A stretch of 53,402 nucleotides of DNA, from positions 1 through 53,402 of the IMG/VR virus record IMGVR_UViG_3300017782_000022, one strand, 5' to 3'. This stretch comes from a virus. Positions 25,590 to 36,100 of this stretch are shown here, piece by piece; the first letter of the stretch is position 1, and each line of letters opens with the position of its first letter. The position numbers and the translations under genes are program-made. Below the pieces are notes generated by a model, which was not told the origin of the DNA, ran no database searches, and worked only from the letters and a program-made list of their open reading frames with translations.

Positions 25590-26033
25590 ATGGCAAAAAT
25601 CACAAAAGCTCAATTTCAGGTTGTTTTAGAACCTGTTCACAGAACATTCTGGAAACAAGCATATAAAAAGCTGAGGAGAAAAATCTCTTCACTAAAGTCC
25701 TCATTAAAAAAGCGTAGCGAAATGTCTAAGGTTGATTTTGATATCACCACAGAAGAGCTAGAGCTTATGTTTTATGAAAGTTATGGAAAACAATGTAAAT
25801 ACTGTATAAAAGTATTAAACATTAGGACAATTGCTTGCGACCATATTGTTCCATTAGCAAAGAACGGCCCATCTAATGCACAAAACTTACAGTTAGTGTG
25901 TCGTACTTGTAATACTAGGAAAGGCCCTTTGGATGAGAAAGACTTTCTTAGAATAATGGAGTGGGTAAAAGAGCAACCTGAAGAGCTTTGTGGTTATTTA
26001 TTAAGAAAACTAGCAAAAGGAGGTAGATATTAA
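25590..26033 (+). CDS. HNH endonuclease
   Basis: CKYC...ACDHIVPLAKNGPSNAQNLQLVCRTCNTRKG: classic HNH with CxxC pairs. Confidence 0.85.
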   Translation: MAKITKAQFQVVLEPVHRTFWKQAYKKLRRKISSLKSSLKKRSEMSKVDFDITTEELELMFYESYGKQCKYCIKVLNIRTIACDHIVPLAKNGPSNAQNLQLVCRTCNTRKGPLDEKDFLRIMEWVKEQPEELCGYLLRKLAKGGRY

Positions 26034-26127
26034 TGCATAATTTCTACAATATAGACGTATTTATATTTTTATCAAATCTTGTCATTTTAATACTTGTTCT
26101 TTGGAACAGTAAGCTAAGAGATAAGGA

Positions 26128-26523
26128 ATGAGAAACGAATATAAAGAGTTATTAAAAGAGTTTAAATGTGTAATCCCAGATATGAAAGGTAAATTACCTG
26201 TAACCTTAGAAAGTGGCAAAAAAACTAGTGTACACGTTAATACTAGTGATGTATTTGGATTAGAAACTTTAGATGCTACTGGATTGCTAAGCCAATTTAA
26301 AAAGAATTGGCCTACACATAAAAATGATTTTATAATCTCAGGAAGACATGGTAATACTAGATATATCTGGCATTGTTGTAAATCAAAAAATGATTGCGGC
26401 ATAGTTACATTACATATGCCTTCAAGTGAAGAAGAACTAGCTAACACTTTAATGAAAGATTTAGCTATAAAAATCAAAGCAGATAAAATATCACAAACAC
26501 CAAGGAATATAGGAGAAGCGTAA
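26128..26523 (+). CDS. Hypothetical protein
   Basis: 131-aa ORF co-directional with the block and TAATG-coupled to the next micro-ORF. A same-size antisense ORF was rejected. Confidence 0.6.
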   Translation: MRNEYKELLKEFKCVIPDMKGKLPVTLESGKKTSVHVNTSDVFGLETLDATGLLSQFKKNWPTHKNDFIISGRHGNTRYIWHCCKSKNDCGIVTLHMPSSEEELANTLMKDLAIKIKADKISQTPRNIGEA

Positions 26524-26660
26524 TGAACTGGTTACAAACATTTATTGAAGCTCAACATTTTCCTTTTTACGAAATGATGTGGGTATTTATGCTCGTATTA
26601 TGGTGGAGTGTTATTGTTAGATTACAAAGAATAGAAGGTAAATTAAATGAAGTTAAATAA
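26523..26660 (+). CDS. Small membrane protein (45 aa), below the ORF-track cutoff
   Basis: Hand translation: MNWLQTFIEAQHFPFYEMMWVFMLVLWWSVIVRLQRIEGKLNEVK*. TAATG start. Overlaps the next ORF by 14 nt. Confidence 0.4.
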   Translation: MNWLQTFIEAQHFPFYEMMWVFMLVLWWSVIVRLQRIEGKLNEVK

Positions 26661-26937
26661 AAATAAAAAATACAAATATGATGAAAAAGTATTGCCTAAA
26701 GCAACATTGCAAGATGAAGAATTGACTATAATTTTAAAATCATTAGAATGCTTTATAAGCAAAGATATTGATGAAGAAAGTTTTGCTCAAGACTTGGCAA
26801 TGAGATTAAGGAAAAAAGCTGGTTGGAAAGGTTATTATCCACCAACTGCTATAGAAAAACTACCATCAGATTTACCACAAGATAGACTAAAGCAATATTC
26901 AAATCCAGCAGAATGTAAATCTGGAGTTTGTGATTAA
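26647..26937 (+). CDS. Hypothetical protein
   Basis: 96-aa track ORF. Confidence 0.65.
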   Translation: MKLNKNKKYKYDEKVLPKATLQDEELTIILKSLECFISKDIDEESFAQDLAMRLRKKAGWKGYYPPTAIEKLPSDLPQDRLKQYSNPAECKSGVCD

Positions 26938-26948
26938 AAAATAGGAAA

Positions 26949-27089
26949 GGGCTCCACATTAGTCTGAGTTTGTAACCGAAAGGTTGCTCAGTGAGGAATA
27001 AGAGTAGCAATGATGGAATAATCCTAGCGATACTTAAACCAAAAAAGTTAAAGGCTTGACAAATGTAAACTGGTTGGCGCTAGGAGCCC
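26949..27089 (+). ncRNA. Structured intergenic element with mutually exclusive pairings (candidate regulatory RNA/leader)
   Basis: gggctcc 26949-26955 can pair with ggagccc 27083-27089. cctagcg 27023-27029 can pair with cgctagg 27078-27084, which overlaps the first partner. A GAAA-capped hairpin spans 26964-26991 (ctgag...aacc-gaaa-ggtt...ctcag). Confidence 0.3.
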
Positions 27090-27108
27090 AACCTAGAAAG
27101 AGGAAAAA

Positions 27109-27336
27109 ATGAATAAAAAGAAATTAATGGCAAGAACAGATAACAATATACGTTGCGTATGTGGTAAATTAAGAGGTATAAAGCACTTTAGACTACATAC
27201 AGAGTGTGACAGATGTAAAACTTATTGTGCGGCAAGAGGTAGCAAAGGTAAAACTTTGTATGCTGGAGATGTAAAAAGAGCCGTAAAGTCAGGAAAATAT
27301 AGAGCATCTAAAGACGGAACATTGACGGGGTATTAA
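27109..27336 (+). CDS. Small Cys-rich (zinc-binding?) basic protein
   Basis: 75 aa. CVCG...H..ECDRCKTYC. AAGAGGA lies upstream. Confidence 0.65.
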   Translation: MNKKKLMARTDNNIRCVCGKLRGIKHFRLHTECDRCKTYCAARGSKGKTLYAGDVKRAVKSGKYRASKDGTLTGY

Positions 27337-27600
27337 GTGAAGTATAAAATACAAAAGCTACAACAAAGAGTAGACTGGTTAGAAAATGGTTTAAATAAAA
27401 TTTATCAAGATTTAGTAAGTAAGCCAATGAAAGCAAGAGACTATAAAGATGCTCAAAGGTTGCTAGAATTATGTCAATCAATTTCAGACGGAGAACCTAC
27501 AACAGCTGATAGTTTTAATTCAAATCATCTTGATAAATGGGAACAAGAATACTGGGGGAAATATGATAAGAAGCGAAGAGGAAGAAAAGACAACATATGA
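27337..27600 (+). CDS. Hypothetical protein (GTG start)
   Basis: 87-aa track ORF that starts directly after the previous stop. Confidence 0.55.
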   Translation: MKYKIQKLQQRVDWLENGLNKIYQDLVSKPMKARDYKDAQRLLELCQSISDGEPTTADSFNSNHLDKWEQEYWGKYDKKRRGRKDNI

Positions 27601-27748
27601 ATGTCCTGAATGTAGTGAATATCTATATTCAGCAGAGTACGGAGAAGCACAATTTGACACATCTGAAGGAGGACTTATTTGTGAGAATGACGAATGTGAT
27701 TTCGAAGTTTTACCAGACGAATTACAGGACTTTTGTGAGCCACATTAA
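27563..27748 (+). CDS. Zinc-ribbon protein (61 aa)
   Basis: MIRSEEEEKTTYECPECSEY...LICENDECDF has two CxxC-type pairs. The ATG at 27563 has GGGGGA upstream. The track start at 27530 is the alternative. Confidence 0.55.
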   Translation: MIRSEEEEKTTYECPECSEYLYSAEYGEAQFDTSEGGLICENDECDFEVLPDELQDFCEPH

Positions 27749-27950
27749 AAAAGCTCAATTATATTGTGCTAATTGGAACACAGGCAAGTGCTGTGGAGTA
27801 GTATTTAACATAAAAAAGAATAGGGAAGAAGGTTATAAATACCTTACTAACCAAAGGTTAGACGAGAAAATTGCTAATAAAGATTGCATAGTTGAAAAAG
27901 GCTGTGCTTATTATAAAAATTTCGTCCAACCCGGACTTGTGGAAAAGTAA
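27735..27950 (+). CDS. Cys-rich small protein (start uncertain)
   Basis: Shares its stop with track ORF 27597..27950. GTG 27735 (or ATG 27687) avoids the long out-of-frame overlap with the zinc-ribbon gene. Contains CANWNTGKCCG and DCIVEKGC. Confidence 0.4.
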   Translation: MSHIKKAQLYCANWNTGKCCGVVFNIKKNREEGYKYLTNQRLDEKIANKDCIVEKGCAYYKNFVQPGLVEK

Positions 27951-27976
27951 CCTCCTTTACACACAAGTCAACAGTG

Positions 27977-28019
27977 AGTGAGGGTTCTATTTCGGTAGAG
28001 CTCTCACTTTTCTTTTTTT
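27977..28019 (+). terminator. Strong intrinsic terminator at the convergence of the two transcription blocks
   Basis: 13-bp stem pairing 27977-27989 with 27996-28008 (2 G-U pairs). The loop is tttcgg, followed by tttcttttttt. Confidence 0.8.
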
Positions 28020-28039
28020 ATATTGCAGGTACATGAATG

Positions 28040-30154
28040 CTATTTTTCTTTATCTTCAATAGAAAACTTAAATCCCGGAGCTAATGGTGCGGCATATCCA
28101 AAGTTTTGCCTTAAAAAATCCTTAGCTAATGTTGTTTCTCTAACAGAAACACCAGAATGATAAATCTTTATAACTGGGTTGTCAGGTATAAACTTTCCTG
28201 CTGAATCAAATTGAGTTGATGAAACATCCATAAAAAGCTTTGCTTCATCTCCAAATTGCCGTTTAAATGTCCTTTCTATATCTACAACTTCATCAGATAA
28301 ATCTGAAATAAACTTTTTATGACTAACTCCACTAGGTAAAACATTATCTAAAAACTTTGTGAAGTCTAAACCGGGAGACGCTTGGTCTAAACTTGTTATA
28401 AGGCTGTTAACTACATCAAGCTTACGACTGAAGTTTCCTTCTTTTTGAATCTTATCTAATAAAGATTTTGCTGTATATCTTACATTGGACTCTTCTGACA
28501 TTATTTCATCAACCGCTTTTCTAAGTCTTTCTTTAGAACCGGTTTTTAAATTCCTTCCTTCAAAAAAACCATCTATTCTAATATTTTTTCCAATAGGGTC
28601 TTGTTTCATTACTCCGTCTATTTTTCTATATGGATTTAATTCAAGGATTCCCTCCATTTTTGTTCTATAGCTTATCATTTCACCATTGTACTTAAGCATT
28701 TTTTCACTATCACCAAGCCAGTTAGCTTGAACTTCTCTAATAGGGGTTTTTTCTCTTCTTTGAATAGTGTTTAAACCTTGTTTTTCTGAACTAACTCTAA
28801 CTTTTCCTATATAGTCAGGATTAGATAAACCTTGTTCTAACAAATTTTCTACTCTTTTAGTTTGTCTTTGAGCTTTTTTTGACAATAGTCCTAAAAGTTG
28901 AAGAGATGATTGACTCATGTTTGTACTAGTATATTCTGCACCTAATCCTAAAGTTTTTAATGCTTTTATTACATTATTAGTGTCATCTACTCCTTCTTTA
29001 TGTGCAAATCCTTCTAGCTTTTTCTTATGTTTTATAGGCACAAGGTCTGCTTCACTATCTAAACCAAATATATCTTTAAATCTTTTACCTTCATTATTAT
29101 ATAATTTATTAATTGTTACAGATAAAGCTTCATTACCCTCTTCAAACCTAGTATTCCTAGGGTTAACAGAAGATGCCCTAGAAGCTACTTCTTCACGTTG
29201 TCTGTAACTTAGTAACTGAGGAGGTATTTTACTATTAGGCTCTAATTTGATACTATACTTATCTCCATTTTTTGCTAAATAATGAATGTTAGCTTCCTGT
29301 TTAGAAGACCATATCCACTTTAAAAACCTTGTATCTGCTAGCTCATTTCCCTTTAAAACAATAGAGTTGTGGTCATTAAATTTTGTCAAATCTTTTGCCA
29401 TAGGTCTTATTTGCTTTTCAAGCTGTGTCGCTTGATAAGTAGTAAGATTTGGGTCATATTCATCAAGCTTTTTCATTAATGGAGCTAATTTTTTTGACAT
29501 ATTATGATGATGGTCAAGTATTTCGTCATTCCAATTTAATCTTTGAAAGTCGTCCCAGCTTTTATAAGGAGATGAATCAATAAAAGGCTTTGTTATAACC
29601 TTCATTGCTTCGTTTATTTCGTTCATATGGCTTTTTACAGCATTATCTCCCATTCTAGGAAGAGATAAATGACCTTGTGTAGTTCCTGCATTTGTCTCTA
29701 TCTTAAAATTATTATTAATATCTTCAATATCTCTTATTATCTTTGTTTTTAATTCACCAGTAAGAGCTTCTAGCCTAGGCATAAAGTCTTCAGGCATACC
29801 TTTTATAAGTTCAGATATCCCTTTATTACCACCTAAAACTCTATTTAATTGTTTTTTATAATTTGCTACAGCGTCTACTGCTTGAGTTTCAGTCCCTTGA
29901 CCTCCCGCAAATTGAGCACCACCATAACGTTGATTAAAACCTTCACGAAAAGCATCATCAATCTGCCCGTTTACAACACTTTTTACTTGTTCAACTTGTT
30001 CCTTGACATCAGTTATATCACCAAATGTTTTAGAGTTTTTAGAAAGTTGACCATATTTTCTTACGCCAGAGCCTACAACTTCTGCAATGTTTGACTCTAC
30101 AGCGGATGTTTTTCCCATTAACTTTAATGCTCTTGCAAATAAACTAATAGCCAT
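28040..30154 (-). CDS. Large hypothetical virion (internal/ejection-module) protein
   Basis: 704-aa ORF, TAATG-coupled to the giant gene and last gene of the leftward block. Confidence 0.8.
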   Translation of the reverse strand: MAISLFARALKLMGKTSAVESNIAEVVGSGVRKYGQLSKNSKTFGDITDVKEQVEQVKSVVNGQIDDAFREGFNQRYGGAQFAGGQGTETQAVDAVANYKKQLNRVLGGNKGISELIKGMPEDFMPRLEALTGELKTKIIRDIEDINNNFKIETNAGTTQGHLSLPRMGDNAVKSHMNEINEAMKVITKPFIDSSPYKSWDDFQRLNWNDEILDHHHNMSKKLAPLMKKLDEYDPNLTTYQATQLEKQIRPMAKDLTKFNDHNSIVLKGNELADTRFLKWIWSSKQEANIHYLAKNGDKYSIKLEPNSKIPPQLLSYRQREEVASRASSVNPRNTRFEEGNEALSVTINKLYNNEGKRFKDIFGLDSEADLVPIKHKKKLEGFAHKEGVDDTNNVIKALKTLGLGAEYTSTNMSQSSLQLLGLLSKKAQRQTKRVENLLEQGLSNPDYIGKVRVSSEKQGLNTIQRREKTPIREVQANWLGDSEKMLKYNGEMISYRTKMEGILELNPYRKIDGVMKQDPIGKNIRIDGFFEGRNLKTGSKERLRKAVDEIMSEESNVRYTAKSLLDKIQKEGNFSRKLDVVNSLITSLDQASPGLDFTKFLDNVLPSGVSHKKFISDLSDEVVDIERTFKRQFGDEAKLFMDVSSTQFDSAGKFIPDNPVIKIYHSGVSVRETTLAKDFLRQNFGYAAPLAPGFKFSIEDKEK

Positions 30155-33100
30155 TACTTATAATCTCCTGAACTTAAAATCTCACTATCTTGATATTTGG
30201 TTACTTGCTTTGCAAACTGCATATAAGGTAACCCTGTCATTTTTTCAAAACTCATCATTGGGTTTTCTAACATTCCTCCGGGGCCAGCAACATCTCTCAT
30301 TATTCTACCAAAAGGAAACATTGTCCACACTGTATAATCTGATAATTTAGCATAATCATCATTAACTAAACCCTTAAATAATGTAGGCAATAACCTTAAA
30401 CTAGGAGGTGTAATTAATTGCAATGGAGCTACTGCTGTAGGATAAGCTCCAAAAAAGGCCCTATCCCTCTCTTTTTCGTCACCAAGCAACCAGTCAGCAG
30501 TGTCTTGGAAATAACTCCAAGGTGCAGGTAGTGTGCTTTCAAATAATGAATACATAAACACATTACTCATTGCCATCATAAATAAATCAGCCGTAGCTAG
30601 GCGTTTAAAACGCTCCATTTCGACAGTTCCTTCTTGATAACCTTGTAAATTTGCTTCTTTTAAGATATCTTTTCTAAATCTTACAGCATTCCAAGCCCAT
30701 AATTGGAACCTAGTCATCATTTTACCAAGAGAAGTAGCGGCAAACATTGGTCTAAAAGGTGCAGAATAAAGAAATTGAGTTGCTTTTACATTCTTTTTAG
30801 CCATTTCTATTAGAATTGGGTGGTTCCATTCCTTGATAACACCGCCAAATCTTTGCCTAGCCTGTACTAATCCAGACATAAATGCATCTCTTCTTAAAAT
30901 TCTTTCAGGTTCACGCATAAACCAACCAGCTTTTTGAAATATAGTTTCAGTAATACCATTACTTTTTGCTAATTCCAACAATGAACTATCTTTAAAGTTA
31001 GGGTCTTTCTTTATTTTGCTAACTGCTTGACTCATAAATTTAGACCACTTTTCTCCCTTTATTTCAGGGTTTAAAGTAGCTTCATACATTAAAAATTCTT
31101 CAATAACTCCAAACTTTTTAACTGCTGCTTCAACATCTTTCATATTTTTCCATTCAGGATTAACATAAGTCCTTAAGTAGTCAATATCACGACCTTTTTT
31201 AAAGTTGTCCCAACCAGTATTAATAATAGTATGCACTGACCCGCCATAGAGATTGGCGACAGCACTCTTGGGATGAGCAAGGAGAGAGGCCAGTGCATAT
31301 TTTGCTTCCATATTACTAAGCCTAGCTATAGCAGACATATCATAAGGGCCTCCTAATTCAGGAAATCTCTTTTGGGCTTCAGTCTTACTTATACCAAGCT
31401 TATTAGCTATACTATTTAATTTTTTTGTAACCTCTGAATCAGCAGTAAAGGCGTAAAAACTTCCCTTTAACTTCATATCTGGGTTTTTCATTACAGCTTC
31501 AGGTATCTTTGTAGGATAACCCATAGCTCCTTGAGTGTATAAATTAAAGAAAGACCTCCAAGAATTAATTAAATCTATATCTTGTCCTTCAGCCTTTCCC
31601 TTTCCTCCTGCTTTTAAGTAGTTCTGATAAGACCAGTCTACAATTGCATCTTTAGTTATAACCTGAGACGCTAATCTATAGTATGTATCAGTAATATTCT
31701 TGATATAAGTTTCATAAGCTTCTGGAGTTCTCTCCCATCCGTCAATGTGTGCAGTTCTACTAAACTGATTTCCCATTTTATTGTTATGAAACCAAGTAAT
31801 TCTATCTTTACTAACTTTCTTTTTTGTAGCAATCTCTTGCATAATGCCCTGCATTTGGTCAAAATGCTCACCAAACTTATCAGTTGCCATAAAGTCGCCA
31901 GTCATTTGATTGTGATGTATTACTATTTTCTTTACTTCTCTATCCTTTTCTTTCTTAGACATAGATTTATTGTTTAGAATATAATCAATACCTCTTTCCA
32001 TCTGTCTTCCAGCTTCAGCTCTGTTAAAATTTAAATGAGGAAAGTATATATCAAAATCATATCTACCTGTAGATTCACTATCTTTAGGTATAGATTCCAT
32101 TAATGATTTTCTTTCCTTTGCATATTGAGCTGGTATTTGACTAATCATAATTCTTCTAGCAACCCACCTAAGGCCATCAACACCTAAGTCCATGTTAAAT
32201 CTTTCGCCACCTTCAATTGATTTAACCATATCTGAAAAGAATTTCTTCTTTACGGCTCTAAAATAATCATATTCACTCTTTTTGTTACCTTCTTTGTTAT
32301 ATTCTAGAGCTTTATATTTATCTAAAGCACCCGGTTTACCTGTTAGCCAAGTATGAGCTTCCTCATTTTTCTTGGTATATGCTTCATTTATCTCCTTTAC
32401 TATTTGTTCTCCAGTGAGCGATTCTACTTTGTTTCTTTTTTGAACGAGGAAAGTTTGTTTTTTAAGTGTTTCCCAATCGTGTTTTTTAGGGATTTCACGA
32501 TGTGCTTTTTCATAAGCTTCTTTAATCCATAAGTACATAGAGTTATCAACGGTTTCATATTTTTCCTTCCATTTTTTAGGTACATTTATTTCTCTTAACG
32601 CAATTGCAATTTCATGAAGGTCATACCCTCTTTTAAGATTCATATATGGAGCTAACTCTTCACGAAACCTACCCTTTTCGCTTTCAGATGCATCAATGCT
32701 CCATTCTTGTCCCTTATGTATATAGTCTTGTATGACCTCCATTATTCCCGTGGGTTTCATTGTCCGTCCAGATATTATATTCCCATGAGAGTCTTTAAAC
32801 ATTCCTCTTCTCTCAAGAAGCAGAATCTCTTTCCTCATTAAATCTTGATTAATAGCTTCAGGAAACATAGAGTAATGCCACTTACTTAGAGCAGGTAGTT
32901 TCTTTTTAATTTTACTAAATGTTTTCTGATACCAACTTCCAGTCAAAGTATCATCTAACCATCTATCAAATACTTTTAAATCATGTAAATCGACTTTATT
33001 TATATCCTTATTAAATCTGTCTCGCATCAAACCATTTAAGTCTCTCCCCACGATATTAGGAAATGCAATTTCAATCTTTTGTTTTAAAGATGATAACAGC

Positions 33101-36100
33101 TGTCTATGCTCTTTCTTTTCAAGAGTTCCCTCTTTTATACCTTCAAATGGCCCTATTTCGTCTATATATTTTCTTGTTTTTGCATCGTAGTCACTAGCTT
33201 CTAACGGTTGTCCTTTAACTTTTTCCCCTGTTTTTGGGTCAAATATTTCTATAGGCTTATTTGATTCAACAGCTTCTTGTTTAATTCTAGCTTTATCAGA
33301 CTCAGTAACTATATCAATAGACCTGTCAAATATTTTTCTATATTCCTGAAAAAACTCTTTTTTACTAGAATTACTTATAGCTTCTGATTCTATACCAAGC
33401 TTAGTAGTCGATGTATTACTAGCCATTTCACGCAAATTATTTATTTCATTAGTAAATTCTTCTGACCATATAGGAGATTTGTAAGATTCTACTCTTTTAT
33501 TTAACTCATGCAAAGTACCTCTAGAATATGTACCAAGCATTATAGACTCAAACAGACTAGTTTCTTTATCGTTTAATCCCTCTGCTCTTTTAAATAAAGT
33601 AATTCTTCTATCTATTTCTGCTTTATTCATAGCAGAAGATGTCTTTTCTGGAGCTATCTGTAACTCCATTTCTCTAATAAAATTAGCTTCAGCTTCTGAC
33701 AACGTACTCAAGCCTTTTACAGGGCTACTTTTTCTTTTTGCAAATAGATAACTAGCCTTCTTTATTTTGTCAGCTTCAGTCCATATCTGCTTAATTCTTT
33801 CTTTAGAAATACCTTCAGTCTTTGAGCTTATCATCTTTAAAGATGCAAAATCAGAAATATCATCACTAATAAATCTTTCTGCTTTAGCCATAATGTCACG
33901 CATTATTTCAGCTCTATGTTCCATGTTTTCTTCAGGGTTTAGCTTTCTTCTGCCATTTAAAAAGCCGTTATAAGCCTTACCACTAAATAATTTTGGTTTA
34001 AAAGAACGACTATTAACGTCTAATTGAGAATTAAATCCTTGTTGTTCAAATAAATTGTTCTTATATATGTCTTTTAAGTAGGTATTCATAGGTGTTTTAA
34101 AACTACCCCTGCCTAAAATAGACTTTAAGTCACCTAAACTATCAGCTAATTTGTTATGTTCTTCATAAGATTTCTCAAATTCTGTAAATTTTATTCTTCT
34201 TAATATACTATCACTAAGGTCTACGCCTCTTAATGTCTCAGCTAATTTTGGAAACAATGTATTAGATTCTACTCCACCCAAAGCTTCATTAGCTTCTTCA
34301 AGGTACATTTGTATTTCTTCTGGAAACCAGCGCCTTCCTTCTGCTAAATTTCTACCAAACAATACAGAGTTTATACGACTTAGGGATTTTATTAGTCCAG
34401 CTCTCATTTGACCTTCGTTATTACTAAACATCTTAGAAAACTTATCATGTTTCTTGCCATTTTTAAATCTTACTTCAAAATCAAAAGCTCTTTTAGCGGC
34501 TTCTTTAAAAAATAAATCTCTTCCTCTTAGGCCTGCTTCATCCATAGGGTCAGAGCCTAATGCTATACTTGCCCTTGTTATACCTCTAAAGCTTTCCATT
34601 GATTTAGCATCTGTTTTTGGTTTAATAACTATATCAAACTTTTTATAAAGTCCTTTTGTTTGAGGAATCTTAAGCTCACCACTTTCTGTACCTCTTATTG
34701 CGGCGTATGCACTTGTTAGCACAGCTTTATTTACAACAGCTGGCCCAAGTTGTTGGCGTCCACCAGAAGCTCCAAATGATGCTTTCATTCTTTGTAAAGG
34801 ACTAAGTTTTAATACTGAACTATTTATCTTATCTAAAGTCTCTTTATCTGTAAAAGCCAATATGTCTCTATACTGCCTTCCTGATATAGGGTCTATCTCA
34901 GTTTTGTTATTAGATACTGTTCCATCCTTCTTGTAAAACTCTTGTTTTTGAGAGTTATACATATCCATCCACTCTTCTTTAAAACCTCCACCTCTCATGC
35001 CATCCTTAGATAAACCACCAAAGAATCCAAATGCTTTATCACCATCTAAATCGGCTCCTCCTAGCGCTTCCATAGTTCTTGGATGTAAGAGTACCCCTAT
35101 TCCTTTTACCCCTGTAAAACCCTTAAATTTAAGCTTATGAGCACCACTCATTGAGTCCATAGGAGTTCTTTGTACAATAGCGTTTAGAGTTTCTTCTATT
35201 TGACGTTTAACTTTACCTCTATATCTACCTGCATTGTAATCATTCCATATATCTTCAAGTCTCATACTGCCTTGAAAGGCTTTAGAGTAAATTTTTAAAT
35301 CCTTATAGTTATTATCAAGAAAGAAAATATCATCTCTCTTTTCTAATAAAGAGGTGTTTTGACCCTTTACACGCTGATTTCTTAAGCCTATCTCATAAGG
35401 TCTCATCCTTGATGCAAAAGAGTTTTCTAATTTTGGCCTTACTAATTGGTTTACAACCCAATTTCTAATAATAGTTTGCCTATAAGGAGTTACATACTTA
35501 TGCATTAGGCCTGCAAGTGAGTCTCCTACAAGCTCCTGTATCTTTTCATGGACAACATTTAACTCATACTTCTGTCCTTTTACAGCTTCATATTCTTCTT
35601 TTGTTAGCTCTCCTTCTTGTAATGCCATTTCAGCATCAGTCATTAAGTCCATTCTTTGTATTTTTCTATAGACTTCAGTAGCAAACTTCTCTAAACCGGG
35701 AGTTTTTAACGCAACTAATAGCTCTTTTGTTCCAATATTGTCAATATTATTTAGTAAATCTCTTTTATATGCTTCATTAGTAGGGTCTTTCATAAGCAAT
35801 TGCAACTTACCGTTCATTTCAGGCTGACCTAGAAATGATTTTCTACTCAGCTGGTCATACATATTTTCAATAGTTTCCGGTTGTATCCTAGACCAAGAAT
35901 AAGGTGTAAGGTTAGAAAGCATTTGCTTTGGTAATCTTTGCATATCTAAAGAGTGATTGTCAAATCTTTCAGAAAATATACCTTTCATTTCATTAGGAGC
36001 TAGTAAATAATCTTGTCCACCCTTTAGTTCAATTCCTTTTTTACTACGAGTTAACTCACCAAATTCTCTTGAACCATATTGTTTAGCGGCAGTTTCTGGA

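Noticed and set aside
26082-26477. 131-aa minus-strand ORF mirroring 26128..26523
   Set aside because: It is an isolated antisense ORF inside a 14-kb unidirectional plus-strand block. The plus-strand partner is TAATG-coupled to the next gene. I kept the plus-strand call, though its own RBS spacing is poor.
27056-27084. Perfect TTGACA -35 hexamer upstream of 27109
   Set aside because: No acceptable -10 hexamer at 16-18 nt spacing (gctagg). It more likely belongs to the structured element.
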